This document shows, one piece after another, positions 1 to 9,716 of a DNA stretch of 52,483 bases. The stretch is taken from the NCBI GenBank assembly GCA_036149055.1, contig JAYZQJ010000058.1, forward strand, positions 1-52,483, written 5' to 3'. Every line of letters starts with the position of its first letter. The first letter of the stretch is position 1. Made by a program: the position numbers and the translations under genes. The notes below the pieces were generated by a model. It did no database searches and was not told the origin of the DNA. It saw only the letters and a list, made by a program, of their open reading frames with translations. The DNA is from Myxococcota bacterium (GTDB lineage: Bacteria > Myxococcota_A > Polyangia > Polyangiales > Sandaracinaceae).

Positions 1-8
1 CCGCGCTC

Positions 9-377
9 GCGGGCCGCCCGCTGCCGCGGGATCGGACGACTCGAGTGGCGCGTGCCCTGGATCGGAGCGCACGCCGAGCCCCGGCCACCCTCCATCCCGC
101 GGCCACTCAGCCCCTTCGCGTCTTTGCGTGAAATCAGTTGCCACCGAAGCCCCACACCTCGATTCGGCAGAGATCGAGCGGGCCGCCCGCTGCCGCGGGA
201 TCGGACGACTCGAGTGGCGCGTGCCCTGGATCGGAGCGCACGCCGAGCCCCGGCCACCCTCCATCCCGCGGCCACTCAGCCCTCTTTGCGTCTTTGCGTC
301 TTTGCGCGAAATCAGTTGCCACCGGAGCCCCACACCTCGATTCGGCAGAGATCGAGCGGGCCGCCCGCTGCCGCGGG
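9..377. repeat. Tandem direct repeat, about 2.1 copies of a 169-178 bp unit with an internal TCTTTGCG octamer run
   Basis: GCGGGCCGCCCGCTGCCGCGGG starts at 9, 178 and 356. The sequence between copies is near-identical except for the number of TCTTTGCG octamers. Confidence 0.92.
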
Positions 378-379
378 CT

Positions 380-1762
380 TCACGGCTCGTCGCTCCACGC
401 GCGGGGGAGGCGGAGCGAGAAGGTCGCGCCCTCTCCGGGGGGCGACTCGACGTCGAGGGAGCCGCCGTGCGCGAGCGCGATGGCGCGCGAGATGGACAGA
501 CCGAGGCCGGTGCCGGCGAAGGCGCGCGCGTCGCTGGAGTCGCCCTGGACGAAGGGCTCGAAGATGCGGCCCTGGGCCTCGAGGGCGACCCCGGGGCCGC
601 GGTCCCGGACGTCGACGACGGCGTAGGCGCCCTCGGCCCGCGTGGTGAGGGTGATCGGCGCGCCCTCCGGTGAGAACTTCGCGGCGTTGGAGAGCAGGTT
701 GTCCAGGATCTGCTCGACCCGCACGTCGTCGAGCTCGACCTCGAGCGGCCCGGCCTCGTGGCGCACCGTGAGCGCGACGCCGAAGCGCGCGGCCAGGCCC
801 TCGGCGCGCTCCACGCAGCCGTCGACCAGGGCGCAGACGTCGACGCGCGTCAGGCGCAGGCTGAGGCGGCCGGCGGCGAGCTTCTGCACGTCGAGCAGGT
901 CGTCCACCAGGGTCGCGAGGCGCACGACGTTCCGCTCGGCGAGCGCCAGCACGCTCGCCCGCTTCTCCGCGCCGCCCAGCGCCTCGGAGGTCAGCAGGCC
1001 CAGCGCGCCCCGGATGCTGGTGATCGGGGTGCGCAGCTCGTGGCTGACGGTCGAGATCAGCTCGTCCTTGATCTGCATCGCGCGGTGGCTCGCGGTGACG
1101 TCGTCGCGGTTGACCAGCAGGCCCTCCTCGCCGGTCGCGGGGTCGCGGGTGGGCAGCGCGTGCAGGCGATGGAAGGCGCGCCCGTTCGGAGTCTCCCGCG
1201 GCACCACGCCCGCCCAGGGCCGGCCGCCGCGCGCCGACTCGAGCACGGTGGCCGCCAGCACCCGGTCGCCGACCGTCTCCTCGAAGCGGACGCCGCGCCC
1301 GAAGACGGCGAAGTGCGCCGGGTTGTGAAAGAGCTCCTCGCCGCTCGAGCCGTAGAGCGCGATCAGCGAGCCGGTGTGCCTCAACGCCTCGAGCGCCCGC
1401 AGGGTCGGCGCGTCCGCGTCGTCGTCCTGGCGGCGCGCCTCCACGAGCATCGCGGAGCGTCCATCCGCGTCCCAGGGGCTGCAGGTCACCTCGACCGGCG
1501 TCGGGCGGCCGCGCGGATAGAACGTCCACTGCAGGACCACCCGCTCGCCCGCGTCGAGCCGCTCGCGCAGGTCGCGCTGCCGGGCCCGCGCCGCGTCGCT
1601 CATGTCCGAGAAGTCGCGGGCCCGCAGCGCCTCGAGGCTCTCGGCGGACCAGAGCGCCAGCGCGGCGCGGTTCGCCCACAGGAGCGCGTTGGACTCGAAG
1701 CCGTGCACCCACACCGCAGTCGACAGCGCCTGCAGCACCGACGCCGCAGGCGGCTCGTACAC
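380..1762 (-). CDS. PAS-like sensor histidine kinase (HisKA + HATPase), no adjacent response regulator
   Basis: H-box STVSHELRTPITSI, N-box QILDNLLSNAAKF, G1 DRGPG, G2 GTGLGL. Start placed at GTG 1762 after GGAG, because the longer ORF overlaps the divergent gene. Confidence 0.9.
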   Translation of the reverse strand: MYEPPAASVLQALSTAVWVHGFESNALLWANRAALALWSAESLEALRARDFSDMSDAARARQRDLRERLDAGERVVLQWTFYPRGRPTPVEVTCSPWDADGRSAMLVEARRQDDDADAPTLRALEALRHTGSLIALYGSSGEELFHNPAHFAVFGRGVRFEETVGDRVLAATVLESARGGRPWAGVVPRETPNGRAFHRLHALPTRDPATGEEGLLVNRDDVTASHRAMQIKDELISTVSHELRTPITSIRGALGLLTSEALGGAEKRASVLALAERNVVRLATLVDDLLDVQKLAAGRLSLRLTRVDVCALVDGCVERAEGLAARFGVALTVRHEAGPLEVELDDVRVEQILDNLLSNAAKFSPEGAPITLTTRAEGAYAVVDVRDRGPGVALEAQGRIFEPFVQGDSSDARAFAGTGLGLSISRAIALAHGGSLDVESPPGEGATFSLRLPRAWSDEP

Positions 1763-1804
1763 CGCTCCCACCGGAAGAGGATAGCTGCTACCGTCCGCGG
1801 CCAC

Positions 1805-2113
1805 ATGGACGCCAACGTCGCCCGCTGCCTGCTCGTCGCGAAGGTCCTGGCCGCCGACGGCATCATGACCGACGAGGAGCGCGAGTTCCTCGAGTCGAGC
1901 ATGGACGCGCTGTCCCTCGACGACGCGGCCCGTCAGCGGGTGCGCGAGCTCGAGGGGTGGGACGAGGCGGAGTCGGTCGTGAACGCCCTCTCGGACGACG
2001 AGAAGCGCGCCTTCATGGACGGGCTGGTGCAGGCGGTGCTCGCCGACGGCAAGGTCAGCCCCCACGAGATGCAGACGATCGAGAAGCTCTCCAGCGCGCT
2101 GGGGCTCGATTGA
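1805..2113 (+). CDS. TerB-family (tellurite resistance TerB-like) protein
   Basis: 102 aa from ATG 1805, with two TerB-type motifs, AADGIMTDEERE and LADGKVSPHE. Confidence 0.75.
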   Translation: MDANVARCLLVAKVLAADGIMTDEEREFLESSMDALSLDDAARQRVRELEGWDEAESVVNALSDDEKRAFMDGLVQAVLADGKVSPHEMQTIEKLSSALGLD

Positions 2114-2488
2114 GCGTCCCCCGAAATCCTCAACGATTTCGTGGAATCATCCGGACTACCGGGGGGCTCTTGCCTTCCCCGCGGGGGCTCTCTATACAGT
2201 CGAGCCTCGCCCGTCCAGGCTGTGGAGTTCGGGTGGGGAAACCTGGGGATGGAACACGGGAGCACATGGGGACGACTTCTCCCACACTGTGTCCCCGATT
2301 TCGTCCACGGGCTGAGACATCGGATCGAGGTAAGGATTCCGGGCACTTGGCCGGATCCATCCCCAATCCACAGCACTTAAGAAGACGACGGAATTGAATT
2401 TAAAGATCCGAAAGGATCTTCTTCTGCGCGCTCGTGGATGTGGAAAGCGCGAGCCGCGCCCCAGCGGCGGGAAAGAGGCGAGGGACGG
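2114..2488. other. Putative chromosomal replication origin (oriC)
   Basis: Lower-GC intergenic region directly upstream of dnaN. It holds several degenerate DnaA boxes (TCGTCCACG 2291-2299, CAATCCACA 2364-2372, TGTGGAAAG 2439-2447). The 2364 box is followed by trio-like TAAGAAGACGAC and the AT-rich GAATTGAATTTAAAG. Confidence 0.65.
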
Positions 2489-3625
2489 ATGGAGCTCACG
2501 ATCAGCAAGCGGAACTTCCTGCGTGGCCTGGCACGTACCCACGGTGTCGCGGATCGGAAGAGCTCGATGCCGATCCTGTCGAACATCCTCCTGACCACCG
2601 AGAGCACCGGAACGCTCCGGCTCGCGGCGACCGACCTGTACCTCGGCGTCACCGCGACCGTGGAGGCGGAGGTGAAGACCGGGGGCTCGGTGGCGGTGGC
2701 GGCGAGGACGCTCTTCGACATCGTCAAGAACCTGCCCGAGGGCGACGTGAAGTGGACCGTCGGGGCGAACAACGCCGCAGAGATTCGCTGCGGAAAGGTC
2801 AAATACAAAATTCCCGGCATGCCCGGTGACGACTTCCCGCCCCTGCCGAGCCCCGGCCGGGCCGACTTCGTCGAGCTCGACGCCGATTCCGTCGGGGATC
2901 TCATCGGCAAGACCCAGTACTCGATGAGCACCGACGACACCCGACCGCACCTCGCGGGCGCGCTCTTCGAGGGCGACGGCAAGCTCATGCGCATGGTGAC
3001 CACCGACGGTCACCGCCTCAGCAAGGCCGAGCACAAGCTCGACGGCTCGATGCTCAGCTTCACGATGCTCGTGCCCAACAAGGGCATCGGCGAGCTGAAG
3101 CGCCTCATCGACGACGCCAAGTCCGAGCAGAAGAAGGGCGAGGGCGAAGGCGCCAGCGTCGGCGTGGCCACCACCGGCGGCAACGCGTTCTTCCGCGGCA
3201 AGGACGTCCTCCTGAGCGTGAAGCTGGCCGACGAGCAGTTCCCGCCCTACTCCAAGGTCATTCCACAGCAGCAGACCAAGCGCGTCATCTGCGCGCGCAC
3301 CAGCCTCATCGACTCGCTCCGCCGGATCAGCCTGGTCTCGAGCGACAAGAGCGGCGGGGTGCGGCTGACGCTGGAGCCCGGGACGCTGAAGATCGTGAGC
3401 GAGAACCCCGACGTCGGCGAAGGCAGCGAGGAGCTCGACGTCGACTACGCCGGCGACGCGCTCACCGTCGGCTTCAACGCCCGCTACATCCTCGACGTGC
3501 TCGGGGCCCTCGACGACGACGAGGTGGCGCTGGAGCTGAGCGGCGAGCTCGATCCCGGCGTGCTCAAGCCGGCGGGCGACGCGGCGGCGAGCTTCGTCGG
3601 CGTCGTGATGCCGATGCGCATCTGA
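2489..3625 (+). CDS. dnaN: DNA polymerase III subunit beta (sliding clamp)
   Basis: MPILSNILL, ATDL, TTDGHRL, FPPY, GFNARYILD and C-terminal VVMPMRI. ATG at 2489. Confidence 0.98.
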   Translation: MELTISKRNFLRGLARTHGVADRKSSMPILSNILLTTESTGTLRLAATDLYLGVTATVEAEVKTGGSVAVAARTLFDIVKNLPEGDVKWTVGANNAAEIRCGKVKYKIPGMPGDDFPPLPSPGRADFVELDADSVGDLIGKTQYSMSTDDTRPHLAGALFEGDGKLMRMVTTDGHRLSKAEHKLDGSMLSFTMLVPNKGIGELKRLIDDAKSEQKKGEGEGASVGVATTGGNAFFRGKDVLLSVKLADEQFPPYSKVIPQQQTKRVICARTSLIDSLRRISLVSSDKSGGVRLTLEPGTLKIVSENPDVGEGSEELDVDYAGDALTVGFNARYILDVLGALDDDEVALELSGELDPGVLKPAGDAAASFVGVVMPMRI

Positions 3626-3630
3626 TCGAC

Positions 3631-4737
3631 ATGGAGGAGCGACGGCCAGCCCTCCGTCTGACGCGGCTGGCGCTCCGTGGTTGGCGCAACCTCGCCGACC
3701 TCGACCTCAGCCCCGGCGAGCGCTTCAACGTGCTCGGGGGCGACAACGGGCAGGGCAAGTCCAACCTGCTCGAAGCCATCTACTACTTCGGCGCCCTGAA
3801 GAGCTTCCGGCTCGCGGGGCGCGAGGACCTCATCGGGCGCGACCGGGAGCAGGCGGTGCTCGGGGCCCGCTTCGACGCCAGCCCGGCTCCGATCACCGCG
3901 AAGGTGCGCCTCGATCGCCGCAAGGCCCGGGCGCTCTCCCTCGAGGGCAAGCGACCCCGCTCGACCGCGGCCTGGATCGCCTCGCTCCAGATGGTCCTGT
4001 TCCATCCGGGCGACCTGAGCCTGGCCAGCGGCTCCCCCGAGGGGCGGCGTGGGTACCTGGATCGCATCCTCGAGCAGCTCGACCCGACCTACGCGAAGAC
4101 GCTGGCCTCCTACGGCAAGGCCCTGAGGAGCCGTAATCGCCTCCTGAAGCGCGAGGACGGGGATCCCCGGGGGGTCACGTCATATGACGCGCTCCTGGCC
4201 TCAGCGGGCGCTGTGGTGGCGCAGTGCCGGGCTCGCCTGGTGGAGGAGCTGGCCCCGCTCGCCGAGCGCGCCTTCGAGGAGGTCGCCGGTCAGGAGCTCC
4301 CGCTGGCGGTGGCGTATCGTCCGCGAGTCGAGCCGACGGTGGAGGCGATCCGGGAGGCGCTGGCTCGCTCGCTCCAGAAAGACCTCGCCCGCGGCTTCAC
4401 CGCCGAGGGCCCGCACGGCGACGACCTCGCGCTGACGGTGCACGCGGACCGCGGCGCCCGGCATCACGCCTCCCAGGGGCAGCACCGCATGATGGTGCTC
4501 GCGCTGAAGGTGGCCGAGCTCGAGGTGCTCTCGCGCCGGGTGGGGCGGGTCCCGATCCTGCTGCTGGACGACGTCTCGAGCGAGCTGGACAAGACCCGCA
4601 ACCGACGCCTGTTCGAGTATCTCGACCGGCTGGGCGGGCAGGTCTTCCTCACGACCACGCACCCCGAGCTCATCCGCCTCGAGGGCAGCCGGACCGAGCT
4701 GCGGGTCGAGGCGGGGCGGGTCGAGGCCGTCGCGTGA
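3631..4737 (+). CDS. recF: DNA replication and repair protein RecF
   Basis: GDNGQGKSNLLEAI, GPHGDDL, ASQGQHR and ILLLDDVSSELD. Lies directly after dnaN. Confidence 0.97.
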   Translation: MEERRPALRLTRLALRGWRNLADLDLSPGERFNVLGGDNGQGKSNLLEAIYYFGALKSFRLAGREDLIGRDREQAVLGARFDASPAPITAKVRLDRRKARALSLEGKRPRSTAAWIASLQMVLFHPGDLSLASGSPEGRRGYLDRILEQLDPTYAKTLASYGKALRSRNRLLKREDGDPRGVTSYDALLASAGAVVAQCRARLVEELAPLAERAFEEVAGQELPLAVAYRPRVEPTVEAIREALARSLQKDLARGFTAEGPHGDDLALTVHADRGARHHASQGQHRMMVLALKVAELEVLSRRVGRVPILLLDDVSSELDKTRNRRLFEYLDRLGGQVFLTTTHPELIRLEGSRTELRVEAGRVEAVA

Positions 4738-7166
4738 AGCGCATCTACGACTCGCTGCCCCGCTGGCGCCGGCCGATGCTGGTCGCCCTGGCGCTGCTGA
4801 GCGCCGGGCTGATGAGTCAGATCCCGAAGCTGGAGGCGGTCTTCGCGCCCGAGGAGCTGGTCCCGGCGCGGCCCGAGGAGGCGGCCCGGGCCGAGCGGGC
4901 GTTCGAGGGCTTCTCGGGGCGAGACGAGCCGCTCCTGGTGGTCCTGGAGGCCGACGACGCCCTCGCGCCGGAGGTGCTCGGCTACCTGCACCGGGCGGCG
5001 CGGGCGATGCGCGACCGGCCGTGGGTGGCGCGGATCGATGGGCTCACCGTCACCGCCCTGCCCCACGCGCCCCGGGAGGCGGCGGTCGGCCTCGACGCGC
5101 TCGAGGAGGCCGAGCCGGTGGACGAGGCGACCGAGGACGCGCTCTCGGCCATCGTCGCCTCGGAGCCCGAGCGCTTCCCGATGGGCCTCGCCTCCCTGGA
5201 GCGCGGCGCCCCCGAGGTCGGCCCGCTCGTCGAGGGGGACGCGATCGACGCCGAGGAGCGGGAGGCCATCCTCGAGGCGGTCGCGAGCGGCGCGCTCGAC
5301 CGACGCCTCATCGACGAGGACCGCCGGGTCACCCAGCTCGTGATCGCGCCGCGCCCGCTGGACGAGGACGCGGCCCGCGCGGCGGTGGAGGAGCTCGAGG
5401 CGTGGCTCGCCCGTCACCCGCCGCCCGCCGGGGTCGAGGCCCAGGTCGGCGGCCTGCCCGCGGTGCGGGTGGCGATGATCGAGGCGCTCGAGGACGACCA
5501 GGTGCTGCTCGTCGGGCTGGCGGTGCTCGGCAGCCTGATCGTGCTCGTCATCGGCTTCCGCTCGTGGGCCGGGGTGCTCCTGCCGCTCGGGGCGGCGGGC
5601 ATGACCGCGGGCATGACGGTCGGGGCGATGGCCTGGCTGGGCGAGCCGCTGAACCTGCTCAACAACGTCGTGCCGCCGCTCCTGATCACCATCGGCCTGG
5701 GCGACGCGGTGCACCTGCTCGTCCGGCACCGGGAGGAGCTCCGGCGCGACCCCGACCGCATCGCCGCCTCCCGGCGCACCATGCGGGCGATGGTCGGCGC
5801 GTGTTTCCTGACCTCGGCCACCACCGCGGTGGGCTTCGGCTCCCTCGTCATCAGCGAGACGGGGGTGCTCCGCCGCTTCGGCGTGACCGCGGCGCTCGGG
5901 GTGATGCTCGCCTACCTGGTCACGGTGCTCTTCCTGCCGGCCGCCCTGCCCGACTTCCGGGTGACGGTGCGCGAGGCGGGCCCGCGGATGAGCCTCGAGG
6001 TCTGGATCCCGAAGCTCGCGGCCTGGGTCTCGCGGCGCGGCGGCTGGGTGCTCGGGGGCACGCTGGCCCTCCTGCTCCTCTCGGTGGCCACCGCCGGCCG
6101 GCTCCGGGTCGACAGCGCGCTCCTCGACCAGCTGCCCCCGGACTCGTCCACCGCGCGCACCGCGGCCCTCCTCGAGGAGCGGCTCGGGGGCGTGCGGGTG
6201 CTCGAGGTCGGGCTCGTCGGGGAGCGAGGGCGCTTCCAGGGCGCGGAGGGGCTGCGAGAGCTGGCGGCGCTGGAGGCGTGGCTCGCGGCCCAGCCCCAGG
6301 TGCTGCGCGTCTCGGGCGCGGCCGGGTTCGGGGGCGCGCTCTGGCGCTGGATCGACCCGGGCGACGACCGACCCGATCCGTTCTCCGACGACGCGCGGGC
6401 CGAGGGGCTCGCGTCCCTGGCGTCGGCGTCGTCCCCGGCGCGCTGGGCGACCTACGTGAGCGCCGACGGCGCGCGGGCCCGGGTGGAGGTGCGCCTCGCC
6501 GACGCGGGCGAGCGCGCCATCAACCGGCTGATCGATCGCGTCGAGGCGCGCGAGAGGGAGAGCGAGCTGGTGCTCGGGGGCGAGGCCTACCGCTCGGCGC
6601 GGGGGCTCGAGCGCCTCGTCGGCGAGCTGGTGGTCAGCCTGGCCGCCGCGGTGGTCATCATCTTCGTGCTCCTCGGCCTCCTGCTCCGGAGCGCCCGCCT
6701 CGGCCTGATCAGCGTCCTGCCCAACGTGCTCCCGCTGACGCTGACCCTCGCCTGGATGGCCATCCGCGGCATCCCCCTGCACGCGGCCACCGCCATCGTC
6801 TTCACGGTGAGCATCGGGCTCGCGGTCGACGGCACGGTGCACATCCTCGCGCGCTATCGGGAGGAGATCTCCGAGGGCCAGCGGCGTCAACGCGCCATGA
6901 TCCTCGCGATGCGCGGGAGCGGGCGCGCGGTGGTCATCGGGGCGATGACGCTCCTGCTCGGCTTCTTCGCCCTGCTCTTCGGCTCGTTCGTGCCGATCCG
7001 GCTCTTCGCCGAGCTCTCGGTGGTGGCGATCGGCACCTCGCTGCTCGCCGAGCTGATCGTGCTGCCCGCGCTGCTCAGCCGCTTCGGCCCGACGGTGGTC
7101 GAGGGCCGCGCGATGGTCCGCACCAAGCTCGAGCACTCCGGCGAGGCGCCGCCCTACCGGCGTTGA
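4734..7166 (+). CDS. MMPL/RND-family membrane transporter
   Basis: Two repeats of a soluble loop plus 5-6 TM helices. Motifs ITIGLGDAVHL, FLTSATTAVGFGSL and SIGLAVDGTVH. GTG 4734 overlaps the recF stop (GTGA). Confidence 0.88.
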   Translation: MKRIYDSLPRWRRPMLVALALLSAGLMSQIPKLEAVFAPEELVPARPEEAARAERAFEGFSGRDEPLLVVLEADDALAPEVLGYLHRAARAMRDRPWVARIDGLTVTALPHAPREAAVGLDALEEAEPVDEATEDALSAIVASEPERFPMGLASLERGAPEVGPLVEGDAIDAEEREAILEAVASGALDRRLIDEDRRVTQLVIAPRPLDEDAARAAVEELEAWLARHPPPAGVEAQVGGLPAVRVAMIEALEDDQVLLVGLAVLGSLIVLVIGFRSWAGVLLPLGAAGMTAGMTVGAMAWLGEPLNLLNNVVPPLLITIGLGDAVHLLVRHREELRRDPDRIAASRRTMRAMVGACFLTSATTAVGFGSLVISETGVLRRFGVTAALGVMLAYLVTVLFLPAALPDFRVTVREAGPRMSLEVWIPKLAAWVSRRGGWVLGGTLALLLLSVATAGRLRVDSALLDQLPPDSSTARTAALLEERLGGVRVLEVGLVGERGRFQGAEGLRELAALEAWLAAQPQVLRVSGAAGFGGALWRWIDPGDDRPDPFSDDARAEGLASLASASSPARWATYVSADGARARVEVRLADAGERAINRLIDRVEARERESELVLGGEAYRSARGLERLVGELVVSLAAAVVIIFVLLGLLLRSARLGLISVLPNVLPLTLTLAWMAIRGIPLHAATAIVFTVSIGLAVDGTVHILARYREEISEGQRRQRAMILAMRGSGRAVVIGAMTLLLGFFALLFGSFVPIRLFAELSVVAIGTSLLAELIVLPALLSRFGPTVVEGRAMVRTKLEHSGEAPPYRR

Positions 7167-7901
7167 TCAGTTGCAGTAGAGGGTCTGCTCGTCGATGTCG
7201 ACGCACTGCCCGAGGCTCAGATCCGTCCCGGTGCAGAACCCGGACGCGCACTCGTCGGAGCGGTTGCACGGGCTGCCCGCCGCCTCGCCGGGGCCGCAGG
7301 TCCCGGGCGCGATCAGGCTGCCCCGCGGGCAGCGCGCGGTGTCGCACACGAGCCCGGAGCGGCAGGGGCGTCCGTCCTCGAGCTTTCGGCCGCAGCGCCA
7401 GTCGTCCACGCCGACCTGCTGGCAGATGTGGTCGCGGTTCTGGCAGGTCAGGTGCGCGACGAAGAGCGCGAGCTCGCTCCGGTCCATCGGGTCGCAGACC
7501 TCCCCGCCCTCGACCTCGCCCTCGAGGCCGCCGAGGAAGCCGCGCCGGTCGGTGGCCCAGGCGACGATGCCGAGGTCGCAGGCGTCGAGCAGGACCTGCC
7601 CGCTGGCGAGGGCCTCGGCGGCGAGGGTCGGGCTGTAGGTCACGCCGTCCACGCCGAAGGCGCTGCCGTAGAACATCTCGCACTCGCTCTCGGCGGCGTC
7701 GGAGCACGCGCCGATGTCGACCCCGCCGCTCTCGCAGCAGTCGGCCTTGGCCTGGCAGAAGGCCTCGGCGTAGCGCCCGCAGAAGTCCTCGAAGCGCACC
7801 TCGGCCGGTCCGGCGTCGGTCGCGGGGCCGAGGTGGTCGGCGGGATCGTTGACCAGCGAGCAGCCGGTCGAGAGCAGGAGCAGAAGCCAGGCGCGGCGCA
7901 T
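7167..7901 (-). CDS. Cys-rich lipoprotein (myxobacterial type)
   Basis: Lipobox MRRAWLLLLLSTGC and many Cys-rich modules such as GSPCNRSDECASGFC. ATG overlaps the upstream stop. Confidence 0.75.
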   Translation of the reverse strand: MRRAWLLLLLSTGCSLVNDPADHLGPATDAGPAEVRFEDFCGRYAEAFCQAKADCCESGGVDIGACSDAAESECEMFYGSAFGVDGVTYSPTLAAEALASGQVLLDACDLGIVAWATDRRGFLGGLEGEVEGGEVCDPMDRSELALFVAHLTCQNRDHICQQVGVDDWRCGRKLEDGRPCRSGLVCDTARCPRGSLIAPGTCGPGEAAGSPCNRSDECASGFCTGTDLSLGQCVDIDEQTLYCN

Positions 7902-8743
7902 CAGAAGCGTCCTCCCGTGGCGACGCCCGCGTCGCCGGTGGGGCTCACGTAGGGGGTCATCCAGGCGCTCGCGCCCTCGGGGTCGGCCTCGGGGCTCAGC
8001 GCGAAGAGGAGGATCACGCCGGTCGCCCCCGCGACCGCGGCCGCGATCCAGCTGACGTCGGCGACGGTGTTGTAGATACGCAAGGTGTCTACCCGGCTCT
8101 CCGCGCAGGTCAGCGCGGGGTTGTCCCGGCCGCACTCGCTGGCGAGCGCTCCGTCTTCGGCCTCGCTCAGGGCGGCGAACACGCCGAAGCTCGCGAGGAG
8201 CACGCCGGCGCCGATCAGCACGCCGACGCCCGCGGGGTGCACGCCGGAGGCGGGCCGAGGCTCGGGCGGGGCGAGGTCGCGGTTCCGGGTGCGCTCGTCG
8301 GGCGCCGCGTCTCGGCTGGCCTCCCGCGCGGCCCGCTCGCGCTCGAGCGCCGCCTCGGCCTCGGCCGCGCGCTGCTCGGCGACTCGCGCCTGCAGCCGGG
8401 CCAGCCGGGCGCTCAGGGCGGTGCGGCGGTCCTCGGCCATCTCGCCCTCGGCCAGGTAGCGCTCGAGCGCGGTCGCCGCCTCGGCCAGGGCCCCGCCGCG
8501 CTCCTGCGCCGAGTAGATGTTGAAGAGCAGGTCCGGGTGGCCGGTCAGCTCGTGGGCGGCGCGGAACTCGGTCGCCGCGCGCCCGTAGTCGCCGGTGTCG
8601 AAGGCGGCGGTGCCCGCCTCGAAGTGAGCCTGGGCCTCGGCCCGAACCGCGTCATCGAGCGGCGGATCCGCCGCGTCGTCCTGGGCGAGCGCGGGGAGCG
8701 AGACGAGGAGTGAGGCCGCGATGAGCGGGGCGAAGCGAAGCAC
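7901..8743 (-). CDS. Exported TPR-containing protein with C-terminal hydrophobic segments
   Basis: Signal peptide ending ALA-Q and TPR-like AQAHFEAGTAAFDTGDYGRAATEFRAAHEL...LLFNI. GTG start at 8743 is inferred. Confidence 0.75.
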   Translation of the reverse strand: MLRFAPLIAASLLVSLPALAQDDAADPPLDDAVRAEAQAHFEAGTAAFDTGDYGRAATEFRAAHELTGHPDLLFNIYSAQERGGALAEAATALERYLAEGEMAEDRRTALSARLARLQARVAEQRAAEAEAALERERAAREASRDAAPDERTRNRDLAPPEPRPASGVHPAGVGVLIGAGVLLASFGVFAALSEAEDGALASECGRDNPALTCAESRVDTLRIYNTVADVSWIAAAVAGATGVILLFALSPEADPEGASAWMTPYVSPTGDAGVATGGRF

Positions 8744-8775
8744 GCCCGCAGGGTAATGGATGAGCCGCGCGCGCG

Positions 8776-9702
8776 TCACCGACAGACGCAGACCCTACGC
8801 TTGCCGTTGCGCTTCGCCTCGTACATCGCCTCGTCGGCGCGGCGGAAGAGCGCGACCGCGTCGGGCGCGTGCTCGGGGAACGCGGCGACCCCGATCGAGA
8901 TGCCCGGCGAGAGCGAGACCCCGTCCTTCTCGTAGCCGTGCGAGAGCACCGCCGCGAGGATGCCCTCGGCGATGGCCCGGCTCGCGTCGAGGTCGAGCCC
9001 CGGGAACGCCGCCACGAACTCGTCGCCCCCGAAGCGGGCGGCGATGGCGGCGTCGGGGATGGTGGCGCCGATGAGCTTGCCGCTCTCCGAGATGACGTAG
9101 GCGCCGAAGAGGTGGCCGTGCGCGTCGTTGATCGCCTTGAGCCCGTCGAGGTCCATCACCAGCATGCCGAGCGGCTCGCCCCGCACCCGGGCGCCGCGCA
9201 TCAGCTCCTCGACCTCGCGGTCGAAGCGGCGGCGCACGTAGAGGCCGGTGAGGTCGTCGATGTCGATGAGGCGCTCGACCAGCTCGTCGTACGCCTGGTC
9301 CGCCGCGTCCTGGAGCTCGAAGCGGAGCACGCTGTCGCCGACCTCGATCTTGTCGTTCGGGTGCAGCTTCACCTCGCCGTCGACCGCGCTCCCGTTCACG
9401 CTCGTGCCGTTGGTCGACCCGAGCTCGACGAGCGCCCAGCCGTCGCCGCGGTCCTCGATGCGGCAGTGCCTCGACGAGACCCGCGGGTCGGTGAGCGTGA
9501 GGTCCACGGAGTGGCTCCGGCCCACCACCAGCGACGACTCCCGGACGCGCGCGCGCCGGCCGACGTCCTCACCGAGCACCACCACCAGGGTGGGCCGCCG
9601 CTTCACCTGCGCCGCCGCCGCGAGCGCCCGGTGCCGGAGCGACTCGCCGTCGTCGATCTGCAGGGTCCGCGCGACCTCCTCGTCGGTGCTCCGCTTGGTC
9701 AC
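8776..9702 (-). CDS. FHA-GGDEF diguanylate cyclase
   Basis: FHA motifs VGRS, SSRH and GSTNGT; GGDEF-domain motifs DDLTGL, KAINDAHGH, RFGGDEF and ADEAMYEAK. GTG start at 9702 inferred. Confidence 0.92.
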   Translation of the reverse strand: MTKRSTDEEVARTLQIDDGESLRHRALAAAAQVKRRPTLVVVLGEDVGRRARVRESSLVVGRSHSVDLTLTDPRVSSRHCRIEDRGDGWALVELGSTNGTSVNGSAVDGEVKLHPNDKIEVGDSVLRFELQDAADQAYDELVERLIDIDDLTGLYVRRRFDREVEELMRGARVRGEPLGMLVMDLDGLKAINDAHGHLFGAYVISESGKLIGATIPDAAIAARFGGDEFVAAFPGLDLDASRAIAEGILAAVLSHGYEKDGVSLSPGISIGVAAFPEHAPDAVALFRRADEAMYEAKRNGKRRVCVCR

Positions 9703-9716
9703 CGCCCCGGAGTCTA

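Noticed and set aside
52..673. Short ORFs across the 5' tandem repeat
   Set aside because: They are translations of the repeat or antisense to the kinase, with no domain evidence.
4464..7852. Long alternative-frame ORFs (e.g. 4464-7136 minus, 5021-7852 plus, and similar ones throughout)
   Set aside because: These are shadow ORFs expected in very high-GC DNA. They overlap well-supported genes and lack motifs.
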